From: Patescibacteria group bacterium
GTDB taxonomy: Bacteria; Patescibacteriota; Minisyncoccia; Phycocordibacterales; JBHPGB01
NCBI GenBank assembly: GCA_042571085.1
Contig: JBHPGB010000003.1
Coordinates: forward strand, 6,261 to 70,260
DNA: 64,000 nucleotides
Direction: 5' to 3'
Below the pieces are notes generated by a model, which searched no databases, was not told the origin of the DNA, and saw only the letters and a list, made by a program, of their open reading frames with translations. Positions within the stretch are counted from its first letter, which is position 1; every line of letters begins with the position of its first letter. The position numbers and the translations under genes are program-made. Shown here piece after piece: positions 10,887-20,412 of the stretch.

Positions 10887-12281
10887 CTATAGTTTGTTAA
10901 TTTTGAAGCTATCATCTAAATCCTTCACCTCGTATCCCATTTCAGCTATTTTGTCTCGTAATTCATCAGATTTTTTGAAGTCTTTCTCTTCTCGAGCTTT
11001 TTGGCGCTCTTGGGCCAGTGCTCCAACCTCCTTTGGAATATCTTCTTTGGTAGTTTTTTGAGTGGCGAGATTCAATCCAAGCACATGATCAAAATCTATG
11101 AGTGTGGCATATTTATCTGCCGGAGAAATTTCAGGGTTTTTTATAAGTTCCCACATAAGTGCAATTGCTTTTGGTGTATCTAGGTCATCATTTATCGCCT
11201 CGGTGAATTTTTCTTTGTAATCCTCATTTATTTTTCCAGACGTGTCGTCAATACTTGAAACAAATGTGTAAAGTTTTCCAAGTGCATTTTGTGCGGCCAT
11301 TAGAGAATCAAATGTGAAATTTATTTTTGTACGGTAATGAGCAGTTAATACTAAGTAGCGGTAGGCTAGGGGATCAAATTCTTTATCAGTAAGAGTTTTA
11401 AGTGTAATAAAATTGCCAGCAGATTTCGCCATTTTTTCTCCACTCACATCTACAAAATCACTGTGCATCCAATAATTTACGAAAGGTTTCCCTGTTGCTG
11501 TTTCACTTTGTGCAATTTCATTTGTGTGGTGTATAGGAATCAAATCAATACCACCTGTGTGTACATCAAAATTTTCTCCAAGATACTTCATACTCATTGC
11601 AGAACATTCTAAATGCCAACCAGGGAATCCTTTACCCCAAGGCGAATCCCACCCCATATCTTTGTTAAATTTCCCAGAAAACTTCCAGAGAGCAAAGTCT
11701 ATAGGATTTTTCTTTTCTGGATTTGTTTCCACACGAGCACCAGCTTTCAAATTATCTATATCAAGCTTAGCGAGTTCACCGTAATTGAGAGCTTGTGAAG
11801 TGTCAAAATACACACCGTCTGAAATAGTGTATGTTGCACCTTTTTCTTCCATGCGTTTTATAAGCTCAATTTGTTCTTTGATGTGCTCTGTTGCCTTTGG
11901 AAAAGTTTGAGGACGCTTTATATTAACAGAGTCTAAGTCTTTAAAAAATTCGGCTGCATAAAAATCGGCAACTTCTTTCATTGCTTCTAGTGTGATTGGT
12001 TTACCTTCGCGCTCCAGTGCCTTAGTCATTTTATCAATCCCTTCGTCGGCGTCGCTTGCCAAATGCCCAACGTCAGTAAGGTTCATTACTTGGTTCACTT
12101 CATACCCATTGTACTCAAACATTCTACGTAAAATATCAGCAAAAATATATGCACGAAAATTACCGATATGCGCGTAATCATAAACTGTTGGCCCACAATG
12201 ATACATACCAACCTTATTTGGTTGGAGTGATTTGAACCCTTCTTTTTCTCTGGTTAGAGTGTTGAATAATTGTATTTGCAT
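10887..12281 (-). CDS. cysS: Cysteinyl-tRNA synthetase
   Basis: CGPTVY, HIGN, GFPGWHLEC, KMAKS; start placed at MQIQLFN, 7 nt after TACTAT. Confidence 0.97.
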   Translation of the reverse strand: MQIQLFNTLTREKEGFKSLQPNKVGMYHCGPTVYDYAHIGNFRAYIFADILRRMFEYNGYEVNQVMNLTDVGHLASDADEGIDKMTKALEREGKPITLEAMKEVADFYAAEFFKDLDSVNIKRPQTFPKATEHIKEQIELIKRMEEKGATYTISDGVYFDTSQALNYGELAKLDIDNLKAGARVETNPEKKNPIDFALWKFSGKFNKDMGWDSPWGKGFPGWHLECSAMSMKYLGENFDVHTGGIDLIPIHHTNEIAQSETATGKPFVNYWMHSDFVDVSGEKMAKSAGNFITLKTLTDKEFDPLAYRYLVLTAHYRTKINFTFDSLMAAQNALGKLYTFVSSIDDTSGKINEDYKEKFTEAINDDLDTPKAIALMWELIKNPEISPADKYATLIDFDHVLGLNLATQKTTKEDIPKEVGALAQERQKAREEKDFKKSDELRDKIAEMGYEVKDLDDSFKINKL

Positions 12282-12293
12282 AATTAACATAGT

Positions 12294-12339
12294 ACCCGCC
12301 AAACTTTTGTTTCGCAAGCTCCACAAAACTTAGGCGGGT
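12294..12339. repeat. 46-bp palindromic element, copy 2, overlapping the cysS promoter
   Basis: Same ends and length as 1902-1947; contains TTGCGA 17 bp upstream of TACTAT on the minus strand. Confidence 0.75.
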
Positions 12340-12394
12340 TAAGAAAATATATTCACTCACTTCGCCGCTTCACGACTTATTCGCTCATTATTTT

Positions 12395-13312
12395 CTACAG
12401 CCATTTTTTATATCTAAAGAAGGCAAACATTGCAAAAGTTGCAAGGAGCATTATAAACATAACAATCCAAAAGTCACCTTGTGCACCAACAATAGGCAGT
12501 GATTTTGTGTTCATTCCAAATATTCCCGCAATTAACGAAAGAGGGAATGTGATAAATGCAACAATCGTCAAAATCTTCATTATTTCGTTTTGTTTGGTAG
12601 ATAGAAGAGAGTCGTTTGTTTTACGCAGCTCAATAAGTGTTTCTCTGTGACCCTCAAGAGTGCTTGCTATTTTGTAATATTCGCCAGTGATTGAGTGTAA
12701 GTAATATGAAAATTTTGCACCGAAGAATTGCGCTCCTGAAATCTCCAATGAGTCTAATACATTTTTATGCAGACGTATTGATTGTTTAAAGTTGAGTAAG
12801 TCACGACTTGTATGAGAAAGAGATTTAACCATCTCACGCTCATGTCCAATGAAAATATTTGACTCTATTAACTCCAGTTCATCATCTATGTGATCTAATT
12901 CTTGTACCAATGATTTGTAAAGTTCTCTCATTAGATAATAAAACACAAAACCGGCATGCTCACCGATATGACTTTTATCTGTAATTGAGCTTACCTCAAA
13001 CATTTTTGAGAAATCGTGAAGCGAATCAATCATCTCATAGTGTGTGGTGATAATAAAATCTTTACCAATAATAAAATCAACTTCTTGTATTTTACTGTCG
13101 CCCTTGTGGTTATGTTGGAATGCAGGGAAGTGTAGAATCAGGTATATGTAATTATCATGCTTGTCTACCTTAGGGCGTAGAGTAGGGGAAAGAAGTTCGT
13201 TTGCTGCAAGTGGGTGGATATTGAACTCCTTCATTATCTCACGCACCTCGTCAGATGTGGGTGATTCCAAATCAATCCAAGTAACTTTTTTGTGTGTATG
13301 TCTTGTTAGCAT
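12395..13312 (-). CDS. corA: CorA-family Mg2+/Co2+ transporter
   Basis: WIDL N-terminus, GMN signature, two C-terminal TMs; start 7 nt after TATAAT. Confidence 0.9.
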   Translation of the reverse strand: MLTRHTHKKVTWIDLESPTSDEVREIMKEFNIHPLAANELLSPTLRPKVDKHDNYIYLILHFPAFQHNHKGDSKIQEVDFIIGKDFIITTHYEMIDSLHDFSKMFEVSSITDKSHIGEHAGFVFYYLMRELYKSLVQELDHIDDELELIESNIFIGHEREMVKSLSHTSRDLLNFKQSIRLHKNVLDSLEISGAQFFGAKFSYYLHSITGEYYKIASTLEGHRETLIELRKTNDSLLSTKQNEIMKILTIVAFITFPLSLIAGIFGMNTKSLPIVGAQGDFWIVMFIMLLATFAMFAFFRYKKWL

Positions 13313-13421
13313 TTTTTTAATTATATCGTGAGAAAGAGTATAAAACAAACGAATTTTAGAAAGTTGGACTATAAAAATTCCAGATATTGACAATACAATC
13401 AAAACATGTTAATATGACATC

Positions 13422-13540
13422 GTGCCTGATGCACAATGTTCTTCCCGGCAAAAGGGGATCTACCAATTTTACAGGTTTGAATTTGAATTAAGGTTTAGAT
13501 AAACTCACCGAGTGGCTTATACAGCGCTCGGTGTTTTTTT
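13422..13540 (+). ncRNA. Candidate stand-alone ~120-nt transcript (sRNA or 20-aa micro-ORF at 13429-13491)
   Basis: TTGACA(13387)-17-TAATAT promoter; CACCGAGTG/CGCTCGGTG hairpin followed by T-tract. Confidence 0.5.
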
Positions 13541-13578
13541 GTTTTTATACTAGAGGCTTTTCATGATATAATCCCATC

Positions 13579-14832
13579 ATGTTTTCATACAAACGAACAA
13601 TTCTATCTGTCTTGATTTTGGTTGCAATTGGTGGGAGTTTTTTCGCGGGTGTGTATGCAGGATATGAAGGACGACCAGAAGTTGAGAAGGTGACAGCTCT
13701 CCTTGGAAAGGAAGATATGAAGCCAGCGATGGTTGATTTTGACGCATTTTGGAAAGCGTGGAATGTGATAAACGAGAAGTACGTTTCAAATAATGGTGCT
13801 ACGGATCAAGAAAAAGTATGGGGTGCAATTGAAGGACTTGCTTCATCTCTTGATGATCCGTATACAGTATTTTTCCCACCAGAGGAACATAAAATGTTTG
13901 AGAGTGATATCAAGGGAGAATTCCAAGGGGTTGGAATGGAAATAGGTATTCGCGATAATATACTTACTGTAATAGCACCACTTAAAGATACGCCGGCAGA
14001 GCGTGCTGGAATGCGACCTGGGGATATGGTTATAAAAATTGACGATACAATCAGCTCTGATTTAACAATTGATGAAGCGGTGCGACTTATAAGAGGACCA
14101 AAAGGAGAAGAGGTGGTACTTACGATCGTTCGCGAAGGTAATGGCGAGCCTATTGAAATTAGAATTGTGCGCGATGTAATAAAAATTCCAACAGCTGCCA
14201 CAACTTATCATGCAAAAGATGGGTCTGTTGCTGAGGATCCGCAAGCAATATCTGATAGTCCTGTATTTACAATAAGTCTATATAATTTCTCTGCTCAATC
14301 TGCAAATATTTTTAGAGAATCTTTACAAGAATTTGTAGATTCTGGTAAAACAAAACTTATACTTGATTTGCGTGGAAACCCAGGGGGATATTTGGAATCT
14401 GCTGTAGATATGGCCAGCTGGTTCCTTCCAGAAGGAAAAGTTATTGTTCGTGAAAGTCTTGGGAATGGCGAAGAGGGGCGTATTTACAGAAGCAAAGGAT
14501 ATGATATATTCAATGATAATCTGGAAGTGGTAATCTTGGTAAATAGTGGATCTGCCTCAGCTTCAGAGATTTTGGCTGGAGCGCTTTCTGAGCATGATGT
14601 TGCCACAATTGTTGGAATACAAACATTTGGTAAGGGTTCCGTACAAGAATTAGTATCAATTACCAAAGACACATCTTTAAAGGTTACTGTAGCTAGATGG
14701 CTCACTCCAAACGGTGTATCAATTTCAAAGGAGGGGATTACGCCTGATGTGGAAGTTAAAATTACCGCAGAAGATTTTGAGGCTGGTAAGGATCCACAAA
14801 TGGCTAAAGCTATAGAATTATTAACAAATTAA
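13579..14832 (+). CDS. S41 C-terminal processing peptidase (PDZ)
   Basis: LDDPYT, GVG PDZ, LDLRGNPGG, SASASE, TFGKGSVQ. Confidence 0.95.
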   Translation: MFSYKRTILSVLILVAIGGSFFAGVYAGYEGRPEVEKVTALLGKEDMKPAMVDFDAFWKAWNVINEKYVSNNGATDQEKVWGAIEGLASSLDDPYTVFFPPEEHKMFESDIKGEFQGVGMEIGIRDNILTVIAPLKDTPAERAGMRPGDMVIKIDDTISSDLTIDEAVRLIRGPKGEEVVLTIVREGNGEPIEIRIVRDVIKIPTAATTYHAKDGSVAEDPQAISDSPVFTISLYNFSAQSANIFRESLQEFVDSGKTKLILDLRGNPGGYLESAVDMASWFLPEGKVIVRESLGNGEEGRIYRSKGYDIFNDNLEVVILVNSGSASASEILAGALSEHDVATIVGIQTFGKGSVQELVSITKDTSLKVTVARWLTPNGVSISKEGITPDVEVKITAEDFEAGKDPQMAKAIELLTN

Positions 14833-14845
14833 GTAGTCATAAATT

Positions 14846-15292
14846 ATGAAAGTAGTATTATTACAAACAGTGCCGAAGGTTGGCAAACAATATGAAGTAA
14901 AGGAAGTGTCTCGCGGTTTTGCACAAAATTTTCTTTTTCCACAAAAATTGGCAGAAATTGCAACAGAAAAAGCAATGAAAGCAATTGAGAAGAAAAAGCA
15001 AAATTCAGATGCAGAGGCAAAGATTCACGAAGATTTGCTTATAAAAAATATTGTAGATATGAGTGGTGTAACAATCGTTATGCAAGAAAAAGCTAATGAG
15101 AAAGGACACTTATTTGCAGGAGTACATAAAGATGAGATTGTGCCTGAAATCAAAAAACAAACACAATTGGATATTGATCCTGAATCCATTCAGCTTGAAG
15201 AACCGATCAAGGAATTAGGAGAGCATGAAATAGAAGTGAGCGCACATGGCAAGAGTGCTAAGTTCACATTGAAGGTTGAAGAAAAAGCTTAA
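14846..15292 (+). CDS. rplI: 50S ribosomal protein L9
   Basis: MKVVLL..VPKVG..GFAQNFLFP; PIKELG. Confidence 0.95.
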   Translation: MKVVLLQTVPKVGKQYEVKEVSRGFAQNFLFPQKLAEIATEKAMKAIEKKKQNSDAEAKIHEDLLIKNIVDMSGVTIVMQEKANEKGHLFAGVHKDEIVPEIKKQTQLDIDPESIQLEEPIKELGEHEIEVSAHGKSAKFTLKVEEKA

Positions 15293-15305
15293 AAAATTAA
15301 ATATA

Positions 15306-15337
15306 AAAACACCACCGACTATATCGGTGGTGTTTTT
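15306..15337. terminator. Bidirectional terminator
   Basis: AAAAACACCACCGA-CTATA-TCGGTGGTGTTTT between convergent genes. Confidence 0.8.
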
Positions 15338-16055
15338 ATATTTTCTGTGCGTACACTGAAATGGTACGGCGTTTGTTGGCGCGGCCTTTTCTGTCACGAT
15401 GACGATGAGATTTTTTTACTCTGTGAATTGTGAAATGCTCTGCTAGCAATTCATCAATTTCTTGCTGAGTAAACACATGTTCAAGCACGCCTATTCTTGG
15501 GTGGATGTATGATCCTGGCTCATCAGCAGGAAAGTCGCGCAAGAGCTGTTTTGCGTTCAAATCTTCGTCCAATAGAAAAGTCTTGAAGAAGAGCCATGCT
15601 CCAGGTTTTAGTACTCTGTTAATTTCTTCAACTAATTGTTTTCTTCCTGCCTCATTAAGGAAATGAGATGTCATCATATCAAGTACAAGATCTTGCGATT
15701 CGTCTTCTGCTGGAATAGGCTCGGTGATGGAGTGTACTTGAAAGGTAAGTGGTAAATTTTTACTTTGTTTTTGTGCTTGTGATATCGCTTCAGATGATAT
15801 GTCATAACCTAAGCCTTTTGCACCAAATTCCTGTGCAAGGTAAATAAGATTGCGTCCATTTCCACAACCAATATCTAATACACTGATATTTTTATTTAGT
15901 GGCTCTATATTTTTTTGCCTTGCTATCCAGCGCACAAACTTTTCCAAGTCTTCACTTGGATTATTTGAAAGAGTTAGATGTTTGCCACTTTTGTATTCGG
16001 TTTCCCAAAAAGCTTTATTGCCAGTTTTTTTCTTTTTCCCAAATTGTCTTTTCAT
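15336..16055 (-). CDS. Class I SAM-dependent methyltransferase
   Basis: VLDIGCGNGRN, YDIS, RVLKPGA. Confidence 0.9.
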   Translation of the reverse strand: MKRQFGKKKKTGNKAFWETEYKSGKHLTLSNNPSEDLEKFVRWIARQKNIEPLNKNISVLDIGCGNGRNLIYLAQEFGAKGLGYDISSEAISQAQKQSKNLPLTFQVHSITEPIPAEDESQDLVLDMMTSHFLNEAGRKQLVEEINRVLKPGAWLFFKTFLLDEDLNAKQLLRDFPADEPGSYIHPRIGVLEHVFTQQEIDELLAEHFTIHRVKKSHRHRDRKGRANKRRTISVYAQKI

Positions 16056-16109
16056 GATTTATTTATACCATAAAACAAAAAACTCAGTGACGAGCACTGA
16101 GTTTTTTGC

Positions 16110-16382
16110 TTATTTTACGTTTGCTGTTTTCTTCACAACCGTCTTTCCGTTGAAACTAGTTTTTCTTTTTGTGCCGAACTCAACGATACCATCCTTGAGT
16201 GCGTAAAGTGTGTGATCTCTTCCAACGGCAACGTTCTTTCCTGCCATTATTTTAGTGCCACGTTGACGCACAATAATAGAACCGACTCTAGCTTGCTCGC
16301 CAGCGTATAGTTTTGTTCCTAAATATTTAGGATTTGAATCTCGTAGGTTTTTTGCCGAACCGCCGGCTTTCTTATGTGCCAT
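16110..16382 (-). CDS. rpmA: 50S ribosomal protein L27
   Basis: [26 protein letters not shown]. Confidence 0.98.
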   Translation of the reverse strand: MAHKKAGGSAKNLRDSNPKYLGTKLYAGEQARVGSIIVRQRGTKIMAGKNVAVGRDHTLYALKDGIVEFGTKRKTSFNGKTVVKKTANVK

Positions 16383-16419
16383 GGTTTCTTATCTGTTATA
16401 TAATAATATAATAAAAATT

Positions 16420-16830
16420 ATGAATGACAGTATAAAAGAAATCCGTCAAAAAATCAAGCGATTTGGACACTTAGTGGAAAGTAAAGACATTTTCATGGTT
16501 ATGGTGATAATACTAGTCGCTTTTGCATCATTTGGGCTTGGGAGGATGTCTAAGATGGGGGACGGTAGAATACCAGTAAAAATAGAGCATCAAGCGTCTC
16601 TGATGCAGGCAAAAAACACCTCAAATTCGGCCCAAAATGGCGAAAATCAGGGACTCTTGCCTGCAAACGATAAAATGTATGTCGCCTCAAAAAATGGCTC
16701 AAAATACCATTTTCCGTGGTGCTCTGGGGCAAAAAGAATGAAGGAATCTAATAAGATTTGGTTTGCCACAGCTGGGGAGGCTAGGGCCGCAGGATATGGG
16801 CCGGCGGGGAATTGTAAGGGCTTGGATTAG
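16420..16830 (+). CDS. Membrane-anchored protein with Ada metal-binding-like domain
   Basis: TM helix, then VASKNGSKYHFPWC...F.....A..AGY.P..NC. Confidence 0.75.
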   Translation: MNDSIKEIRQKIKRFGHLVESKDIFMVMVIILVAFASFGLGRMSKMGDGRIPVKIEHQASLMQAKNTSNSAQNGENQGLLPANDKMYVASKNGSKYHFPWCSGAKRMKESNKIWFATAGEARAAGYGPAGNCKGLD

Positions 16831-16907
16831 TTAGTTTGTAATCTAAGATTTAAATAAAAAAAGGCGCGGATTGGAGTCCGCGCCATGGTACTTATTACTA
16901 TCGTAGG

Positions 16908-17108
16908 TTACGTCTCCAGTCCGTAGTAACTTCCCAAAACAGGTTCTTCAGGTATGTGAATACATTTATGGCTTTCTGTCGACCCCGCGGGCTTTTCTGG
17001 AGAAAAGAATCCACGAAGCTCATCATCAGAAAGATGTGCTGCTGATGACGGCATTTTCTTCATTTTCATAATCATGTCACATAACCATGCGCGGTCTTCC
17101 AGTGTCAT
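16908..17108 (-). CDS. Small orphan protein (~66 aa)
   Basis: TTTACA-16-TATAAT promoter, GAGGA 7 nt before ATG 17108, downstream hairpin 16863-16884. Confidence 0.5.
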   Translation of the reverse strand: MTLEDRAWLCDMIMKMKKMPSSAAHLSDDELRGFFSPEKPAGSTESHKCIHIPEEPVLGSYYGLET

Positions 17109-17197
17109 TAGCCTATCCTCTGTTGCAAAGTATGGGTTCATTATATAGAAGGGGTGTGTTTTGTAAAGTTGTGAAATAAGTACGGGATTAGAAATTG

Positions 17198-18370
17198 TTA
17201 TTTTTTTGTCTGCTTCAGCATTATAGTAATTTTTGTTTCTTTCGTTTCAAGAATTTTTTCTTGATCTTCTTTTGATAGGGTAGGAATGAGTTTTTCCAGC
17301 TCTTTTTCATCTGGAGTTAAAATTTCATTGTATTTATCCATTGGTTCTAAAATTTCTCTTGCTTTGTCCAAATCAAATTTTGAGCGAGGGATTTCTGTTT
17401 TTGTAATATAACCATTGTCACCAAAAACACGTCCAAGATTTTGATCTTCCATAAATGAAAGTATTGTCTTGCGTAATTCTGCTAATCGCTTTTTATTTTT
17501 TTCTTCCGTTTCTTTAATTTCAAAAAATTCTTGCGTTGCACTCGCTGCTTCTTTTTCTGTTGGCGTTTCTTCTTTACCAACTTTGTATTCGTGTGCAAAC
17601 ATAGGGCAAATCTGCTTGTGTCCGCACCATCCACATAAGGGTCCTGGAGTAGGAGGGAAGTCACCTTTTTCTATATTTTTTTCAATTGCATGGATTATCG
17701 TCAAAATGCGCTCTTTTGCCCGCTCTAGTTTATCATCCGAATATGTAGCTGAAATTTTATCGTTGTGTTTGAGGAAATAAAGTGATGTTTTGATTTTCTC
17801 AGCTGCAACATGTGGCCATCGTGTTCGAAGAGCTAAGCCGTATAAACCAAGCTGAAGATTGTCTTCAAGTGATTCCTCACTCGGCATTTTTTTGCCTGTT
17901 TTATAATCTATGATTTCGTACTCACCAGTTTCTGGGTTGTTGTCCATGCGGTCTATAAAACCAACTAATGTGTGTTTACCATCCTTACTTTCTTTGTCCT
18001 CAAGTTCAAGAATAAAACGTCCTTCAAGCTCTACCGGATTAAAATTCCACGGTGCGTTTTTTTTGTAAAAATTCTTGAGTATTGTAAGACCTTCATCAAA
18101 ATACATTTTTTGCTCTGCGTCTTTCTTGCTCTCGTCGCGCCACATAATTTTTTCAGACGCGGACGCCCATTTGCTCGTATAAAAATCAATTACTTCATCG
18201 AGAGTAGGGTAGAGAGGGTCGCGTTCAAACATATATTTTAGAGCGCTGTGTACTACCGTGCCAAAAACCTGCTCCACACGTTTTGGAGATTTTAGTTTAT
18301 CAATTTGCTCAAACTTATATCTGAGCGGACACGATTCAAATGAATTCAGAGCTGAATAGGATGTATGCAT
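17198..18370 (-). CDS. PD-(D/E)XK nuclease (RecB/AddB/Cas4-like) with four Cys and a helical C-terminal extension
   Basis: SYSAL..F.SCP, GFIDR, IIDYKTG, QLGLY, CGWCGHKQIC. Confidence 0.88.
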   Translation of the reverse strand: MHTSYSALNSFESCPLRYKFEQIDKLKSPKRVEQVFGTVVHSALKYMFERDPLYPTLDEVIDFYTSKWASASEKIMWRDESKKDAEQKMYFDEGLTILKNFYKKNAPWNFNPVELEGRFILELEDKESKDGKHTLVGFIDRMDNNPETGEYEIIDYKTGKKMPSEESLEDNLQLGLYGLALRTRWPHVAAEKIKTSLYFLKHNDKISATYSDDKLERAKERILTIIHAIEKNIEKGDFPPTPGPLCGWCGHKQICPMFAHEYKVGKEETPTEKEAASATQEFFEIKETEEKNKKRLAELRKTILSFMEDQNLGRVFGDNGYITKTEIPRSKFDLDKAREILEPMDKYNEILTPDEKELEKLIPTLSKEDQEKILETKETKITIMLKQTKK

Positions 18371-18467
18371 GGTCTTAAGTATAAGATATTGAGCATAAAG
18401 TACAAAGCCTATTCAAAAAAAAGGCCAACGCATGTGCGTTGGCCTATGTTTGTAATTTATGGACACC

Positions 18468-18740
18468 TTATTCTGCCGGCCATAAAATTCTATCTTTTAT
18501 ACCTATTCTGTCGACTGCGCTTCTGGGTAGATAATATTCTGAACCAGATATTGAAAAAATAAATATCTCAGTTCCGCATTCGTATTCAAAAAGGCTAATA
18601 TCTCCTTTTTTGACATTTACAACCCCGTAAACTGGTTTAGGGAAAGGAATTTTCCATTTCTTTATACCTTCTTCTGTAAGATATAGAGAAAACCTCGCTT
18701 CTTTTAGTTTAAACAATCGTTCACGTACTGGAGCATTCAT
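18468..18740 (-). CDS. Small orphan protein (90 aa)
   Basis: AAGGAGGAGG SD, TTGACA promoter upstream, hairpin 18423-18444 downstream. Confidence 0.6.
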   Translation of the reverse strand: MNAPVRERLFKLKEARFSLYLTEEGIKKWKIPFPKPVYGVVNVKKGDISLFEYECGTEIFIFSISGSEYYLPRSAVDRIGIKDRILWPAE

Positions 18741-18838
18741 CGGAGACCTCCTCCTTGGATTTTAATTTTAGCTGTATTACACATTAAATCATTTTGCTTG
18801 ATTTGTCAAGTTCTATATATTGGCATATAATTGGTGAT

Positions 18839-19462
18839 ATGAATGAACGGAAGACATATGCAAAGAGGGTATTGAGCGCACTCAAGAAAGCAGTACCTGA
18901 TGCAGAAATGGCGCTTAACTACTCAAATAATTGGGAGCTTTTGGTTGCTGTGGTTTTATCTGCGCAGTGTACTGATAAGCAGGTGAATGTGGTAACGGAA
19001 AAACTTTTTAAAAAATATAAGACACTCAACGATTATTTGAATGCGACACAAGAAGAATTTGAGCAAGATATTTATTCCACTGGTTTTTATAGAAATAAAG
19101 CAAAAAATATTTTAGCGAGCGCAAAAATTATAAAAGAGCAGTTCGGTGGAGAGATTCCAAAAACTATGCAAGAGATGCTCATATTGCACGGTGTGTCACG
19201 AAAGACTGCTAATGTTGTGCTCGGTAATGCGTATGGAGTCGTGGAAGGTATTGCGGTAGATACACATGTGATACGTCTTGCACAAAGGCTTGGTCTCACA
19301 AAAGAAAAAACTCCTGAAAAAATTGAACGCGATTTAATGGAAATTCTTCCAAAGAAAGAATGGTTTAAATTTACCTACTATATGATTGAATACGGGCGCA
19401 GATACTGCTCTGCAAAGAAGCATGATCATGACAAATGTCCTCTAAAAAGCTTTGATATTTAA
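18839..19462 (+). CDS. nth: Endonuclease III (HhH-GPD glycosylase)
   Basis: LSAQCTD, GFYRNKAKN, GVSRKTANV, AVDTHV. Confidence 0.95.
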   Translation: MNERKTYAKRVLSALKKAVPDAEMALNYSNNWELLVAVVLSAQCTDKQVNVVTEKLFKKYKTLNDYLNATQEEFEQDIYSTGFYRNKAKNILASAKIIKEQFGGEIPKTMQEMLILHGVSRKTANVVLGNAYGVVEGIAVDTHVIRLAQRLGLTKEKTPEKIERDLMEILPKKEWFKFTYYMIEYGRRYCSAKKHDHDKCPLKSFDI

Positions 19463-19469
19463 TTTATTT

Positions 19470-19535
19470 TCACAAATCTCAAAATGCTTGAATAATAATT
19501 TAGAAATGCTATAGTGTGCGTGTTGAGATTTGTGA
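19470..19535. repeat. 13-bp inverted repeats flanking a sigma70-like promoter
   Basis: TCACAAATCTCAA / TTGAGATTTGTGA around TTGAAT-16-TATAGT. Confidence 0.6.
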
Positions 19536-19611
19536 GTTTTATTTCATGAATTTTGATGCTTTATGGATGGTAAAAAGACCCTTATATAAAGCCATATATT
19601 GATATTAGCTA

Positions 19612-19671
19612 TTGACAAACACTTGCCAATATGCTAGTATATAAACACTTCCGGTTCGGCCGGATTTTTTT
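19612..19671 (+). promoter_or_regulatory. Consensus promoter immediately followed by a terminator-like hairpin
   Basis: TTGACA-17-TAGTAT with extended TG, then TCCGG-TTCGG-CCGGA and T7. Confidence 0.55.
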
Positions 19672-19761
19672 AATGTAGTAATTTGCTGAGTATATTTATT
19701 CGAAAATTAGATTATAAACCGCTCACAGATTACTACACCACCTGCGTAAGCAGGCAAAATC

Positions 19762-20217
19762 ATGTTTACATTTACAATTGGAATTTTATTTTTTCTAACT
19801 AACATAGAGCAGGGAAGCGCAGATTCCTTTATTCTTATACCAAAAGAATCAAAAGGTGTTATCGTAGACAAAAAGGCTCTTGATCCAAATTGGATACACG
19901 TATCCACTGAGGATAAGGTACGTAATTATTTTGAAGACACACCAGTTTTAGCAGAAATTGCATGGTGTGAATCAAAGTTTAAACATTACGATAAAAATGG
20001 AAAGGCTATTAGGGGAGAGGTAACATCTGAAGATATCGGTGTTATGCAGATCAATGAATATTTCCACGGTAAGACAGTTGGTATCCTTGATATCAATATT
20101 CATACTTTAGAAGGAAATCTGGAATATGCACAATGGTTGTATGATCGAGAAGGTACAACTCCTTGGAACTCATCTAAACATTGTTGGGGTGATTACAAAG
20201 CAATTGCCATGAAATAA
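19762..20217 (+). CDS. Secreted lysozyme/SLT-like protein
   Basis: IAWCES (catalytic Glu), DIGVMQIN, GTTPW; hydrophobic N-terminus. Confidence 0.7.
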   Translation: MFTFTIGILFFLTNIEQGSADSFILIPKESKGVIVDKKALDPNWIHVSTEDKVRNYFEDTPVLAEIAWCESKFKHYDKNGKAIRGEVTSEDIGVMQINEYFHGKTVGILDINIHTLEGNLEYAQWLYDREGTTPWNSSKHCWGDYKAIAMK

Positions 20218-20412
20218 AATAAAACAAAACAGCGCATAATGCGCTGTTTTGTTTTATTTAAGATAAAAAGGTAGTAACCTACGTCTTTATGAGGGAAGAG
20301 GCCTTATGTGGCTTATGTATTAATTATATAAGTGTCGCACAATATAGTTTTTGCGTCCCATACCTTTATTTAAACATGGCAGGAATTCTCCCCTGCTATA
20401 TTATTTTAATTT

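Noticed and set aside
12282-12394. T-box leaders before cysS, lysS or leuS
   Set aside because: Leaders are too short or the genes are leaderless; no antiterminator architecture seen
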